Numbered from the whole stretch's first letter, positions 21,602 through 32,553 are shown. The stretch is 63,922 bases of DNA, filler included, from an uncultured bacterium (GCA_964449065.1; 3 parts of 3 records of this genome joined end to end with filler, not necessarily neighbours in it); one strand, 5' to 3'. Notes: generated by a model not told the origin, from the sequence alone. A program made the numbers and translations.

Positions 21602-23068
21602 ATGAAGCGACGCGACTTTATTTCCAGTGCAAGCAAGACTGCCGCACTCACACTGGCGGCGCGGCAAACCGTTCCGGCGATTACCGGCCAGGCCGCGGAT
21701 CAGCCGCCTAACGTACTCTTCATCATCTGTGATCAAATGCGCGGCGACTGTATGTCCGGCTTGGGGCACCCCAATGCCCGTACGCCCCATCTTGACCGGC
21801 TCGCGGATGAAGGGGTTACCCTTTCAAACGCGTTCTGCAACAGCCCGGTGTGCGTGCCCTCACGCATGTCGATGTTCGCCGGGAAGTATCCTCACCAAAC
21901 CGGCCGCCTTAGCAACCGGGGAGGCTCCGGGTATCTTGCGCTTGAAGACACCCTTGCTGCGTACTTCATGAACCGGGGTTACCGCACCGGATGGATCGGC
22001 AAAAACCACACGTATCAAAATGAGGTGTTCGATCAATTTGATACCGCCGCCATCCGCGCGCGCGAGCCCATGCGCGCGTACAGCCGCTGGATTCCGCCGC
22101 ACTGGCACAGCGACACATTTTGGCAGCAGGAAGACTGCTACCCAAAAAAGAACACCGATGAAGCCATTGAGTTTATGCAGCAAAGCAAACCGGGCGAGCC
22201 CTTCTTTCTGCACGTGAGTTATTTCGATCCGCACCCGCCTTATATGGCCCCCAGCGAATTCACCGCCCAATACTGTTCGGCGGATATGAAACTGCCCGAT
22301 ACCGTTAAACCATCCGATCTCAGCAAACGCTTTGATGACTTTGCCCACGGGTTCCGCAGCCATTTGTGGAGTGAAGAAGAAATGACCGAAACCCTGCGTT
22401 ATTACTACGCCGCCATTGAGTGGGGAGTCGATTACCAAGTCGGGCGATTGATGAAGGCGCTGGATGAAAGCGGCCGGCGCGAAAACACGGTTGTGGTTTT
22501 TACATCCGACCATGGCGATTTTATGGGATACTATGGCATGGTGCGAAAAGCAATCTTTTTGTATGACTGCCTGCTGCATATCCCGATGATCTGGTCGATG
22601 CCCGGCAAAATGGGTGAGGGAATTCAATCGAACGCGCTGACCGATTTGGTTGATCTGTTCCCTACCCTCATCGATCTTACCGGAGGCAAAGAGCGTGAGG
22701 ATTTACCGGGGCGGTCCATTCGTTCCGTTTTGGAAGGCGATGAGAATGACTTTGAGCGTGAAGAACTCTACACTTCAGGCGCTTATGGACAGGTAGACCG
22801 CGATACGGTTGATCCCTCGCTGGACTTGGATGATGAGGATGAAACCCCGCTGCATACGCGGGTCATGAGGCAGGCGATGCAGCCGGAACACAACACCAAA
22901 ATGATCCGCACCCACGATTGGAAGCTGATTATGAACGAAGATGATGACCCGGAACTTTATCACTTGGGCGGCGGGCATTATGAAAAAAATAATGTAATTA
23001 ACTCACCGCAACATGCTGAAATACGCAATGAACTGGAGAACAAATTAACAAAATGGTGGGAATGGTGA
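21602..23068 (+). CDS. Tat-exported formylglycine-dependent sulfatase
   Basis: MKRRDFIS Tat motif, CVPSR FGly motif, GKNH, DPHPP, SDHG. Confidence 0.92.
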   Translation: MKRRDFISSASKTAALTLAARQTVPAITGQAADQPPNVLFIICDQMRGDCMSGLGHPNARTPHLDRLADEGVTLSNAFCNSPVCVPSRMSMFAGKYPHQTGRLSNRGGSGYLALEDTLAAYFMNRGYRTGWIGKNHTYQNEVFDQFDTAAIRAREPMRAYSRWIPPHWHSDTFWQQEDCYPKKNTDEAIEFMQQSKPGEPFFLHVSYFDPHPPYMAPSEFTAQYCSADMKLPDTVKPSDLSKRFDDFAHGFRSHLWSEEEMTETLRYYYAAIEWGVDYQVGRLMKALDESGRRENTVVVFTSDHGDFMGYYGMVRKAIFLYDCLLHIPMIWSMPGKMGEGIQSNALTDLVDLFPTLIDLTGGKEREDLPGRSIRSVLEGDENDFEREELYTSGAYGQVDRDTVDPSLDLDDEDETPLHTRVMRQAMQPEHNTKMIRTHDWKLIMNEDDDPELYHLGGGHYEKNNVINSPQHAEIRNELENKLTKWWEW

Positions 23069-23152
23069 AGTGAAATAATGATGAGTGAAGAGCCAGCAGG
23101 GTGGGCTCAACACTCTTACAACCTTGATTACGCTTTATGTCAAAGCGGGTGT

Positions 23153-23252
23153 NNNNNNNNNNNNNNNNNNNNNNNNNNNNNNNNNNNNNNNNNNNNTTAA
23201 TTAATTAANNNNNNNNNNNNNNNNNNNNNNNNNNNNNNNNNNNNNNNNNNNN
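23153..23252. other. Artificial contig-join spacer
   Basis: 100 nt of N with central TTAATTAATTAA (stop codons in all six frames). Confidence 0.97.
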
Positions 23253-23256
23253 CTTT

Positions 23257-23371
23257 GGGAGAAGATAAGAGATGAGGGCGAAGAGAGCGATGGCTCCCCA
23301 TGACGCAATAGCGTAATTAGAGATTTATTCCTCCCGAACCCTCACCCCGTCCCTCTCCCGGTGGGCGAGGG
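23257..23371. repeat. REP-like inverted pair (CCCTCACCCCGTCCCTCTCCCGGTGGGCGAGGG type)
   Basis: Copy at 23339-23371 and degenerate opposite-strand copy at ~23257-23279, next to the contig end. Confidence 0.55.
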
Positions 23372-23431
23372 CGATAGATTCAGCGAACGATTAGAAAAAC
23401 GGGCATATCATAATGTAGTGCGTAACGTGAG

Positions 23432-23779
23432 TTATTCAAACGGTTCTTTGACAGTGATATCCGCTTTCTTTTTCATCTCATCGAAATCTTTTTGAAACCG
23501 TTTCTGAAAATGCATACAAACCAGAATCAAAAAGAATAAGCAAACCGGAAAGACAATGCCCAAGCCAAAAAATTTCGTGAGAGAAGATCGGTAAAGTTCT
23601 TCAGCGGTCGAATATTTGTAATACACATCAAAAAAAAACATCGGAAAACACAGTGAAATCAATAAGGCAGGAAGAATAGAAGGCCTCTTCTTTTGGATTT
23701 GAATTCGATAAAATAGAAGCATCTGACTGGCAGCAATTATCAACCAAGGCATGACTTGTAAAAGAGTATGAATATCCAT
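23432..23779 (-). CDS. Small membrane protein (about 3 TM)
   Basis: 115-aa hydrophobic ORF with AAGGA RBS; AT-rich. Confidence 0.6.
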   Translation of the reverse strand: MDIHTLLQVMPWLIIAASQMLLFYRIQIQKKRPSILPALLISLCFPMFFFDVYYKYSTAEELYRSSLTKFFGLGIVFPVCLFFLILVCMHFQKRFQKDFDEMKKKADITVKEPFE

Positions 23780-23882
23780 ACCGGAATCCTTTGAAGACTA
23801 TTCTTCATCGCTTGTGCTTCAACCGCTATACAATATTATAGTAAAAACAGTAGATTGCTATCATTATTTCCATGTGGGTGGA

Positions 23883-24299
23883 ATGAAAACAATACCAAAA
23901 TTAACCCATATCGCGCTGCGCGTGAAAAACATCGAGCGTTCGGCGGAATTTTATGAAGACTACGCCGGGTTAAAGCTGCTTTCTTTACGGGAAGAAAAAG
24001 ACGGCCGGGTTGCATGGCTGGGCAATCCGGAAGTGAAAGAGCAATTCATCATCGTGCTGCTTGAGTTTCCCTTCAAAGGCTCCGACCAGCCCCGATTCGA
24101 CCACATAGGTCTCGATATGCCCACCTGCGGTTGTGTGGATGAAATCAACAATAAAGCGGAAAAAGACGGCATTCTTTCCATGAAGGCCAAAGACCACGGC
24201 CCCATCACCGGCTACTTCTGCATGGTCAAAGACCCGGACGGCAATATGGTTGAGTTTTCCTGCGGCCAAAAAATTGACGAAGCGTTAAGCCGGTCATAA
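23883..24299 (+). CDS. VOC/glyoxalase family protein
   Basis: LTHIALRVKNIERSAEFY, DHIG, KDPDGNMVEF. Confidence 0.9.
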   Translation: MKTIPKLTHIALRVKNIERSAEFYEDYAGLKLLSLREEKDGRVAWLGNPEVKEQFIIVLLEFPFKGSDQPRFDHIGLDMPTCGCVDEINNKAEKDGILSMKAKDHGPITGYFCMVKDPDGNMVEFSCGQKIDEALSRS

Positions 24300-24498
24300 T
24301 ACACCCATGTACAAGTTCAACAACATGATCCGATTCGGGCGGTCGCTTGAATCCCGGCCAGCCGGATTGCCCGATTCTCTGGACTAACGAAATAGCAAGA
24401 AACATCACGCTGTTTTTTTGCCGGACAGAGGGTTTACAATGGATAACCTTGATTGATGCCTCATTTGGAATACATTGAGGTGCAGGAGAAATAAACAT

Positions 24499-25809
24499 AT
24501 GTCCAATTCAAAACGAAACCGCAACCGCATACAGCAAGTTAAACTCAGCGATAAAGAAATCACCATCATGCGCGAAGAGCATGACGCCCCCCAAGCCGCC
24601 AAGCGCAATGTTCCCATGTTCCGGCAAATGCTGCTGACCGATCCCGAACTGACGATGATGCTCTACGATCCCACCCTCTTGCCCATGCTGATGGCGCAAG
24701 TCATCCGCAACTTGAGTTCCAAACACATGTTGACAAATAAAACCACGCAGGACGAAGAATTTCTGCAAGCGATATCGCAGGCCCTGCTGCCGCACTTTAA
24801 TCCGGCACTGATTCTCAACAACCTTATCCGCATTGTAAAAGAACGCAAAGTCAAGCGTGAAAAGCGTACCCTGCTGTGGGCGGTGGGCGATTTAATGCCG
24901 TCTGTCTATCAACAAATTCCTGTGCAGCGGACGGAGGTCTTTCAAACCATCGTGACCACCTCCGTGGACAACGCCACCCTCCTAACCCAAGTGGCCGATA
25001 TTATCCGTGCAGGCAAAGAACCGTATCATTTCAACTACGAAGATTACATGGAAGGTCCCATCCCACAGGGTAAGTTTGAACAACTCAATCAAAAATTAGG
25101 CCCGCAATTGCAGTCACTCCAACGTCTCCTTTCGCTATGGGCGATGGAACTGTTCGAGCTGGTAAAAAAGCCGTTCGGATTGCCCTTTCGGGATATTTTG
25201 CACTACCCGGCCGCCTTTCCCAAAACGAAATCCAGCCTGATCATCTCATCCCCCCACGAGAAAACCGGTGCAGAGCCGGATATGAGCGATGAACAGAAAT
25301 ACCAAAAATTGATCCAAGCCTTGCGGATTGACCGCGCGCAAATGACGGCGCAAGAAGTCGCCCGTACCACAGTACGCTCCATCAAAAACGCCGCATTCGG
25401 TGAAATGGAACCGGAAACGTTGAACTCTTACCTAAATGCCGCCACGTTCTCGCTGCTCTTTCCGTTTGTTGACAATCCCTTTTTGGTAAGGCTCTATGAA
25501 TACAGCGGAGAGAACGCGGGCGAGTTGATTGAAGAAGATGAAAAAGGTGATTGGATCGAAATTACAAACGATCCCGAAAATCCCAACGTCTACCGCAACT
25601 ACGGCGATACCCTTCTGCAAAAAGACGACTGGCAAGGCGCCCGCAAAGCCTACATGCGCGCCGCCGAACTGATGGGCGAATCCGACAGCGTATTGATGAG
25701 TCAACTGATGGAACTGGATCAAAAACAGCGGGAATTTGACGAGGGGTTGATTCAATCCGCACAAGCGGAACGAACCGAACAGCCCAATCTGGAACAGGCA
25801 TCATCATGA
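24499..25809 (+). CDS. Hypothetical protein with C-terminal TPR
   Basis: AGGAG RBS; DPENPNVYRNYGDTLLQKDDWQGARKAYMRAAEL TPR. Confidence 0.75.
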   Translation: MSNSKRNRNRIQQVKLSDKEITIMREEHDAPQAAKRNVPMFRQMLLTDPELTMMLYDPTLLPMLMAQVIRNLSSKHMLTNKTTQDEEFLQAISQALLPHFNPALILNNLIRIVKERKVKREKRTLLWAVGDLMPSVYQQIPVQRTEVFQTIVTTSVDNATLLTQVADIIRAGKEPYHFNYEDYMEGPIPQGKFEQLNQKLGPQLQSLQRLLSLWAMELFELVKKPFGLPFRDILHYPAAFPKTKSSLIISSPHEKTGAEPDMSDEQKYQKLIQALRIDRAQMTAQEVARTTVRSIKNAAFGEMEPETLNSYLNAATFSLLFPFVDNPFLVRLYEYSGENAGELIEEDEKGDWIEITNDPENPNVYRNYGDTLLQKDDWQGARKAYMRAAELMGESDSVLMSQLMELDQKQREFDEGLIQSAQAERTEQPNLEQASS

Positions 25810-26303
25810 AAACATTGGCACTTATGCGGCACGCGAAATCCAGTTGGGCGGATGAAGGTCTCAGCGATTACGACCGTCCCCTAAATAACCGCGGCAAACA
25901 CGATGCCCTCATGATGGGCAAGCGCCTTGTCGAACGGGGCGTCCAACCGGATATCCTCCTATCCAGTCCGGCAAAACGGGTCAGGAAAACCACGAAAGCC
26001 ATCGCCAAAGCCATCGATTACAATCAAGACGATATCGTGTATGAAGACCGTCTCTATCTTGCGGATATCTCAGACTTGTTCTACTCCATTCTCGAACATA
26101 ACCAAGACGCGGACTATCTCATGATGTTCGGCCACAATCCGGGAATAACCGATTTCAGCAATCTGCTGGCAGGCTGCGGCATTGAGAATGTCCCTACCTG
26201 CGGTATCGTGACCGTAGAATTTACTATGGATTCATGGACTTCTATTGAATCAACCAAAGGCCGCCTGGTTGAGTTTGACTATCCCCAAAAAAAAGAGGGA
26301 TAA
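25806..26303 (+). CDS. SixA-type histidine phosphatase
   Basis: MRHAKSSW, DRPLN-x-RG, SSPAKR, GHNPG. Confidence 0.9.
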   Translation: MKTLALMRHAKSSWADEGLSDYDRPLNNRGKHDALMMGKRLVERGVQPDILLSSPAKRVRKTTKAIAKAIDYNQDDIVYEDRLYLADISDLFYSILEHNQDADYLMMFGHNPGITDFSNLLAGCGIENVPTCGIVTVEFTMDSWTSIESTKGRLVEFDYPQKKEG

Positions 26304-26348
26304 GCAAATGCCAATCCCTCTCTTCATCGTATCAAGGTTTAAAACGAT

Positions 26349-28319
26349 TTACCGCAATTCCCAATCTTGAATGGCCGCAGGGGGCGCCGGTTCACCACGC
26401 TTCACAACCACGTTGTCTATGGTCCACCAAGTAGAGTCGCCCGCATCAAATTGAAACTGTACATTGGCTTGGTTGGCAGTTTCCGGTACAGCAAATACAT
26501 ACGTGTTGTTGTAAATAATTTGATCCCCTACAACACCACCGCTTCCGTTATTTAATTCAGGCTCTAAGTTCAGAATTCCCGGAAACCCGGTTTCCAAAAT
26601 GGTGGTCGCTTGCCCATTAATGATCACATTCAAACTGCCCCCGCCACCGGTACGCCAGGACGAATCAAACATCACCGTCAATGGACCGTTATTGCTGTTA
26701 TCGATAACCGGAGTGGTAATTGTACCACCGAAATCACTTTGCGCGTGCATGACGCCACCAGAAAAGTGTCCGTTCGTACCGCGTCCATCGGTTTCAGTAT
26801 CGTTAAAATTGACCAAGTCATCACCATGAATCTGTAAGGTTCCGAGACCAATATCAATCCAACCAAACTCCCAACCATCCGCACTTAACCGGTCGGTAAT
26901 TTGGAAGGAATTATCAAACGGATCCGGAGATGGAGGCGTAAAATCAAAATGCTCTTCCAATACGGTTTCGGACGCAACAGGGTTCACAGTAAAGGTAACT
27001 TCTTCCGACCATGGGCCTGCCAAATCGTCAGTGTTCCAATGACGAACACGGGCAACATAAGTCGTCCCGGGCCGGAACAAGTGTTGCGGAAGCGGTTGAA
27101 CGCTTTTGTTTTCCGCCAACAAATCAATTTGGAACTGCGCCCCCGGCTGTTCACGGCCAAATAAAATCGGCTCATGAGGCGGGTCTTCTGAGCGGGCATT
27201 AACGTCATTGGAACCGCGAAGGTCATCCGGGTTGACCGCATTGACGGAAAATTCATTGGGTTGGATGCTCGTCCGTAATGCCGGATAATCAAGCAAAAAA
27301 TCTCCAACTTCGTCTGAAAATGCGGCCAAATTTCCCCAGGTTTCATTTCCCATGCGAACTTCCCATTCTGAAAAAGCTTGTTCCGCACCATCGCTGTCGC
27401 TAAAAGCACTGCTGCGAAATTCTGTAATATCAAGCAAATCAATATTGCCAACGGGGAACTCAAATGTGGGCTGCGCCGGTCCGGGTGGAACGTTGGAGTA
27501 TCCCACAATTTCAAAATTATCGATTGCCCAAAACCATGAAAAATCTCCGGTAAACCAAAAGCGCACTTGAATGGTTGTCGCGCCATCTGTTTTCAAGGCA
27601 AACGAATGCAGTCCGCCATAAGCTTGATCATTGCCATGAGAATAGTTATCTTCGATAAACAATGGTTGCCAAGGCCCATCATCCAACCGGTACCAATTTC
27701 CTGCGCTTTGATCTTGGTTCGCCGTTAAAAATGAATCGTAGTTGATCCGAACCCAAGCCGATCCGTTTAAATTCACTGCGGGAGAATCGATAGCCAAATT
27801 CATATTGGTCCCACCATATTCATCACTGTCCGCTACCAATACACGCGCGGTTTCAGGAATTATACCATCTTCCTGTTCTCCACCGGTCCAATAAGGTGGA
27901 TTTCTCCAAGGGGCCTTATCGCCGCCCATCCGCTCCCATTGCAGCGAACCACTTAATGGCGGGCGCTCCAACGCGAACAATGTTCCAATGGGGGAATCCA
28001 ACAATGGAGAACCATCAGCAGCAATCGGGTCGCGGCGAAAATATCCCATGATGTCGCGTACCTGGTCACCCCCATTCGGATCTAAAATTGAAAACTTTAA
28101 CATGCTTACGGCTTTCCAATCAAAATCCGGATCCGTGGTTGCCGGTTCGTGTTGTGAACCGGGAACTTGAGTCCACCCTTCTGGAACAACGGCGGTTTCG
28201 GGACCGTCGAAGTCATCTGAAAACAATACATTTTGCGCCGATACGATAGGAACGCCAAGAACCAGTGCGGCACTGGCTGTGACCATTAAACATCTGACCA
28301 TTTTGAATAAAAAGTACAT
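26349..28319 (-). CDS. Secreted multidomain protein (two ConA/MAM-like beta-sandwiches flanking an FN3-like domain) with C-terminal IQDWELR tail
   Basis: Signal peptide; repeated LFSDDFD/VLEEHFD ... WFWAIDNF/WWTIDNV; PGTTYVARVR...GPWS FN3 motif. Confidence 0.75.
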   Translation of the reverse strand: MYFLFKMVRCLMVTASAALVLGVPIVSAQNVLFSDDFDGPETAVVPEGWTQVPGSQHEPATTDPDFDWKAVSMLKFSILDPNGGDQVRDIMGYFRRDPIAADGSPLLDSPIGTLFALERPPLSGSLQWERMGGDKAPWRNPPYWTGGEQEDGIIPETARVLVADSDEYGGTNMNLAIDSPAVNLNGSAWVRINYDSFLTANQDQSAGNWYRLDDGPWQPLFIEDNYSHGNDQAYGGLHSFALKTDGATTIQVRFWFTGDFSWFWAIDNFEIVGYSNVPPGPAQPTFEFPVGNIDLLDITEFRSSAFSDSDGAEQAFSEWEVRMGNETWGNLAAFSDEVGDFLLDYPALRTSIQPNEFSVNAVNPDDLRGSNDVNARSEDPPHEPILFGREQPGAQFQIDLLAENKSVQPLPQHLFRPGTTYVARVRHWNTDDLAGPWSEEVTFTVNPVASETVLEEHFDFTPPSPDPFDNSFQITDRLSADGWEFGWIDIGLGTLQIHGDDLVNFNDTETDGRGTNGHFSGGVMHAQSDFGGTITTPVIDNSNNGPLTVMFDSSWRTGGGGSLNVIINGQATTILETGFPGILNLEPELNNGSGGVVGDQIIYNNTYVFAVPETANQANVQFQFDAGDSTWWTIDNVVVKRGEPAPPAAIQDWELR

Positions 28320-28419
28320 GAAGAAAATCCTTTCCGGAAAAAAAACAGGGGTTGTAGTATGAAACTGTACACTATTTTAGCGGGAAATATTCAATAACGA
28401 TAAGCATTGCATTAAGATA

Positions 28420-28986
28420 TTATTCGACAACGCCCCGGTTTGTAGCGATAAAATCTCCAGTTGACGTAACACCATTGCTGATGTCATAAGCATACCAACG
28501 TTTCCTCTCGCCAATGCTCTGAAAATCACCCCCCCACTGCAATGCATAATCAGGACCGATGCTCCGCATCACATAACCAATATTGTACCGGTTCGCGATT
28601 CGCAACCTATTTTCACTCCCTGATTTGTATCCGTAATATTCATAAAATCTTTCGGTTTTCCCCTGAATACCGCGGAATTGTTCTTGGTTGACCCAAACAT
28701 CCAGTGGGATTGATGAAAGGTAAGAAACCGGTGTGGTCAGGGCCATGTACGTTCGCAATTCCGACCCCCCCAGACCCATTCCAATGCCATCGTAGTCCGG
28801 CACCCAATCGCCATTGTCCAATTGGTAAAGAGCGAATCCATGAACAACCGCTTTCATATCGCTTAAGGTTCTGGCAATTTTTGCCCGGACTTGCGCGTTT
28901 AAAAAATTGGGGACAGCTATGGCAGCAAGTATCCCGATGATGGCAACAACTATAAGAAGTTCAATTAGTGTAAAGGCCTTCTTCAT
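28420..28986 (-). CDS. Prepilin-type N-terminal cleavage/methylation protein (pseudopilin-like)
   Basis: MKKA|FTLIELLIVVAIIGILAAIAVPNF; LTTPVSYL; SIGPD; YDISNG. Confidence 0.92.
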   Translation of the reverse strand: MKKAFTLIELLIVVAIIGILAAIAVPNFLNAQVRAKIARTLSDMKAVVHGFALYQLDNGDWVPDYDGIGMGLGGSELRTYMALTTPVSYLSSIPLDVWVNQEQFRGIQGKTERFYEYYGYKSGSENRLRIANRYNIGYVMRSIGPDYALQWGGDFQSIGERKRWYAYDISNGVTSTGDFIATNRGVVE

Positions 28987-29184
28987 GAAAGGTCTATCTC
29001 CTTCTGAACAGAAAACATGCAGTAAACATTAGGGGGGGATTGTTTGAATTGTATTCAGTTCGGAAAATTATATTCCAGTTGGAATATACTGTCCTTCCTA
29101 CTATGCCTCAGCCACAACACCAACAAAAAACTTCGTTTCGGCTATTCTTCTCACCCATTGCCAAAACATGATTCAATACAATGC

Positions 29185-31233
29185 TCATTCCGGTTTCCAA
29201 TTGCGGATCGAATCCACTGTATGGATGGAGTCTTGAATACCAAGCGAAACCGCTGTGTCGTTTACCCACGCATAATTCGTATGCGGTTCGCCCACAAATA
29301 CAACTTGAGTGGGATACAAGATTCCCGCGACTTGCGGCAAATCAGTAATTCGCAGGCAATTCAACATCTCAATCGCTTCTCCGGTTCCGTCCTCATTGCT
29401 TCGCGCGTTTTGCGTAGGCGGGGGATTCCCGATCAACAGCGTGTGCAACTTGCCATCCAGCAAAGCCGCATAAAGCGCGACGGCAGCCATTTCACCCCGT
29501 GCGGCTAAAGCAATACGGGAATGATCCACTCCCGGCAGTGTGCGTACTGCATCCAAACAGCGAAGCACATCATACACCCGCATGGATGCCACCGTCCGCC
29601 CCGTCCATGCCGATGCCCTGCGAATATGCCACTGCGAACCGGGGCTCCAACTGCTGCTTTCGCCAATCCCGCGGGCACAAAAGAACGCGCGCGTCCAACC
29701 GCCGGGAAGGCCGTTGGAAAATCCTTCAGAAGCCCAACGTTCTTCATTGGGATTGCGCAAGACAACAACGACTCCCTGCCCGGCCGCCGATCCTGCGTCC
29801 ATACGAATTTCTACTGGCAAGCGCCAACCATTTTCCGAAACAAAGGTGTAAATATCTCCCCCATCATCCGCGCGAAACTCACGCCGGATAGAAAAATCCA
29901 CTTCTTCATTCGGGAACGCATTGAACGTCTTCGCCTTCAAGAAAGATATCACGTTCTCTTTATATTCATGCCACTGCTGTTCGGTTTGGATTGTTGGCGC
30001 CTGCGCCATTTGTTGGAATGTATCTTGAATGGTTGTGGTGCGGTCGTCTTCCGGAGGGGTTCCGTTGTACACACTTAACATATCGTCACTGAGCATGGCA
30101 TCATCTGATTCATCAATATCCCCGGTTTCACCCGGAGGCACATCTTTGCCCATCAGATGTTTGAGGAAGAAGGAGAAAATCCTGGCGCGCGAATCTTGAT
30201 GATACGAGTGTCCGCCGGGTGTTTCGACGAACGCAATATTCTCTTGCGCACCCAGCAATTTGTAGATGCGCTCTACATTGTTAAAGGCGGTGCGAATTGC
30301 CTCGATGGAATAAAGCCCGTCACGGTTGGCCGCCGCAACCAGCAGAGGACGCGGAGCAATCAACGCACCGATATCATGCACATCCACCAAATGAGTGTTG
30401 ATCAACATCATGCAGTCGCAATGGCCATCAATGGTATGCTGGTGGATGTGCCCCTCCACCGTGCCGTTGCCGCAAACAGGCGCAACCGCCTTGACACGCT
30501 TATCCGCCGCACCGGTATACCAACTGACAATCCCGCCGCCGGAGATTCCCGTCACACCGATATTCTCTGCATCCACATCATCCCGCTGCACCAATAGATC
30601 AATTCCGCGGATGGCGTTCCACAATTCAACTCCGCCCGGTGTATACCCGCGGCTGTACCAATGAAAACGCCCTTCGGCATAGCATCCCCAATGATGTCCG
30701 CGCACTTCTCCCCATTGGATGGTTTCCACAATCAAACTTACAAATCCCAATTTCGCAAAATGCCGTGGATGGGCTTGGTAGTTGGTTTTCTGCGTGCGGG
30801 AGTGGCCGCAGAGATATAAAATAGCCGGCGCGGGTTTTTCGATGTTATCCGGCACATACAAATTCGCGGGCACATAAAGATCGGGCAGCGATTCATAATA
30901 GAGTTGAATGATTTTGAACCCATCCTGCTGAATTTCTCCGACCACTTGAATGTTGAGTGGAGGGCGCTCACCTGCCAACGGAACATCCGTCAAACTCATC
31001 ATTTCAAGATATTCTTCATAGCGCCGGTCGCGCGCGTTTTCCCAATCTTCTTTGCTTTGAATGCCGGCAAGAGAATTATGGGTAACCTCACTTGCCGCCC
31101 GCATGAGATAATTTCGAATGTTATTGCTTTGATCAAGCGACGGCTGAGTCTCCACCGGCAGTTGCGCGAACGAAATGGAAACACTAAGAATGAAGGCAAT
31201 AAAGAAACTGAGAGAATGGATCGCTGTGTTCAT
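29185..31233 (-). CDS. Secreted alpha/beta hydrolase (acetylxylan esterase-like, two domains)
   Basis: YVPANLY, LCGH, GVTGISGGG nucleophile elbow, HCDC, IAPRPLL, GGHSY; GAGGT RBS before ATG 31233. Confidence 0.82.
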   Translation of the reverse strand: MNTAIHSLSFFIAFILSVSISFAQLPVETQPSLDQSNNIRNYLMRAASEVTHNSLAGIQSKEDWENARDRRYEEYLEMMSLTDVPLAGERPPLNIQVVGEIQQDGFKIIQLYYESLPDLYVPANLYVPDNIEKPAPAILYLCGHSRTQKTNYQAHPRHFAKLGFVSLIVETIQWGEVRGHHWGCYAEGRFHWYSRGYTPGGVELWNAIRGIDLLVQRDDVDAENIGVTGISGGGIVSWYTGAADKRVKAVAPVCGNGTVEGHIHQHTIDGHCDCMMLINTHLVDVHDIGALIAPRPLLVAAANRDGLYSIEAIRTAFNNVERIYKLLGAQENIAFVETPGGHSYHQDSRARIFSFFLKHLMGKDVPPGETGDIDESDDAMLSDDMLSVYNGTPPEDDRTTTIQDTFQQMAQAPTIQTEQQWHEYKENVISFLKAKTFNAFPNEEVDFSIRREFRADDGGDIYTFVSENGWRLPVEIRMDAGSAAGQGVVVVLRNPNEERWASEGFSNGLPGGWTRAFFCARGIGESSSWSPGSQWHIRRASAWTGRTVASMRVYDVLRCLDAVRTLPGVDHSRIALAARGEMAAVALYAALLDGKLHTLLIGNPPPTQNARSNEDGTGEAIEMLNCLRITDLPQVAGILYPTQVVFVGEPHTNYAWVNDTAVSLGIQDSIHTVDSIRNWKPE

Positions 31234-31338
31234 AAGCCAAACCTCTTTGTGAATTGATGCTATATCCATACTATAAGGGATTCTAATTACGATTGGGAAG
31301 GGTCAATCACCATGCATGCTTTATTCTTGCCTCAAAAA

Positions 31339-31368
31339 AATCAGCCCAAAGTTCTCTTTGGGCTGATT
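31339..31368 (-). terminator. Rho-independent terminator
   Basis: AATCAGCCCAAAG-TTCT-CTTTGGGCTGATT perfect stem followed by a T-run on the minus strand. Confidence 0.85.
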
Positions 31369-31421
31369 CGGTTGAACACAACGATACGCGGCTAAACGAT
31401 ACGTGGCTAAACGGGCTGGGC

Positions 31422-32297
31422 TTAATACAACGACCATTGCCGCACACGGGATGGATCGCCGGTAAATTCACCGACCAATGTTAAGTCCGCGAAGCTGGAT
31501 GACACATCCCAGCCGGGGTCCTCATCGGTGCCGTCGGTAAACGAACGCCAATACCCAATGTCCGTAGACCGTTCGGTTTCCCCGGTATCAAAGTTGTCAT
31601 CGTCTGATAAAGCGACATTAAATTTCATCGTAAACCCTTCCGCGATCGGGTTATCAATAATGGCCAAAAACCACATCGGTTCGATGTTGATCACATATTC
31701 CGCGGTCCAATTGGCGGCTTCTCCGGTTTCTTGAGCGGCACACACGCAGGCGATGAAGGTGCTCTCATCCGTGAAGTTTTGCAGATCATTGATATTCAAA
31801 CTCATCAACGCGGGTTGTCCTTCAAATGTGTTCTCCCGGCTTAATCCGAACTTGCCGTAGGGTTCATCCGACTCCCACCAATGGAAAGAAATGGGATCAT
31901 CATTGCCTTCCAAGTCATTGCCGTCCATAAAGTGTTCAATCTGATCTCGTTCCCATAAGTTGACCGGGTCTTCTTCCATCGCGATGTCATCGGTGATTTC
32001 ATAGGCGAAGTAAATAAACCAATCGCCCATCCACATGGTTTTAAAGCGGTAACTTAAATCGCTATCGCCGCCGAACGGGTCTTCGTCGATGTGATCACCA
32101 AAGCGGGCGCCGGGCGATTCCGAAGTGACGGTGATCCACTGCCCCGCCGCATCCCATTCGCCGGGCTCGATTATCCCGTCAATGGTAGGCGCGGTGTTTG
32201 TTCTGTAAGAATTTACAACAGAGCGGTCTTGCGCATAGGCACTGAGTCCTAATCCCAACGCCCCAACAAGTAATGCCATACCGAAATGCTTTTTCAT
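31422..32297 (-). CDS. Secreted CBM9/DOMON-like sugar-binding protein with C-terminal VRQWSLY tail
   Basis: GGAGG RBS, signal peptide ending AYA-Q, APTIDG...EW, YFAYEITDD, WERDQIE, FNVALSDDD. Confidence 0.75.
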   Translation of the reverse strand: MKKHFGMALLVGALGLGLSAYAQDRSVVNSYRTNTAPTIDGIIEPGEWDAAGQWITVTSESPGARFGDHIDEDPFGGDSDLSYRFKTMWMGDWFIYFAYEITDDIAMEEDPVNLWERDQIEHFMDGNDLEGNDDPISFHWWESDEPYGKFGLSRENTFEGQPALMSLNINDLQNFTDESTFIACVCAAQETGEAANWTAEYVINIEPMWFLAIIDNPIAEGFTMKFNVALSDDDNFDTGETERSTDIGYWRSFTDGTDEDPGWDVSSSFADLTLVGEFTGDPSRVRQWSLY

Positions 32298-32553
32298 TAT
32301 TCTTTCCTCCATTAAAATTAGAATTAACAACATTTTAACTATATCAACAAAGCGATAAACCGGCAAAAAGTATACTCAAAAATTTCAACTACATGACACC
32401 ACATTCGGGAATACTCAAACGGCATAGTGTGCTGAAAGTTACGGAGTTTTACGCTTCGCCATTTGTCATATACCGATTTTATCACGAGAGCGTTTCAGAG
32501 TTGATTAGGCAAAATCTGTTGTTATTACAAGGGGCAGGGGCAATGTCAATAAG

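Noticed and set aside
23153..23252. TTAATTAATTAA palindrome, repeated at 46444
   Set aside because: Embedded in N runs of identical layout; an assembly linker, not biology
29185..29230. C-terminal IRNWKPE of the esterase as a third WxL-type tail
   Set aside because: It lacks the Leu and the Pro-rich linker, so it is probably just the end of the hydrolase domain
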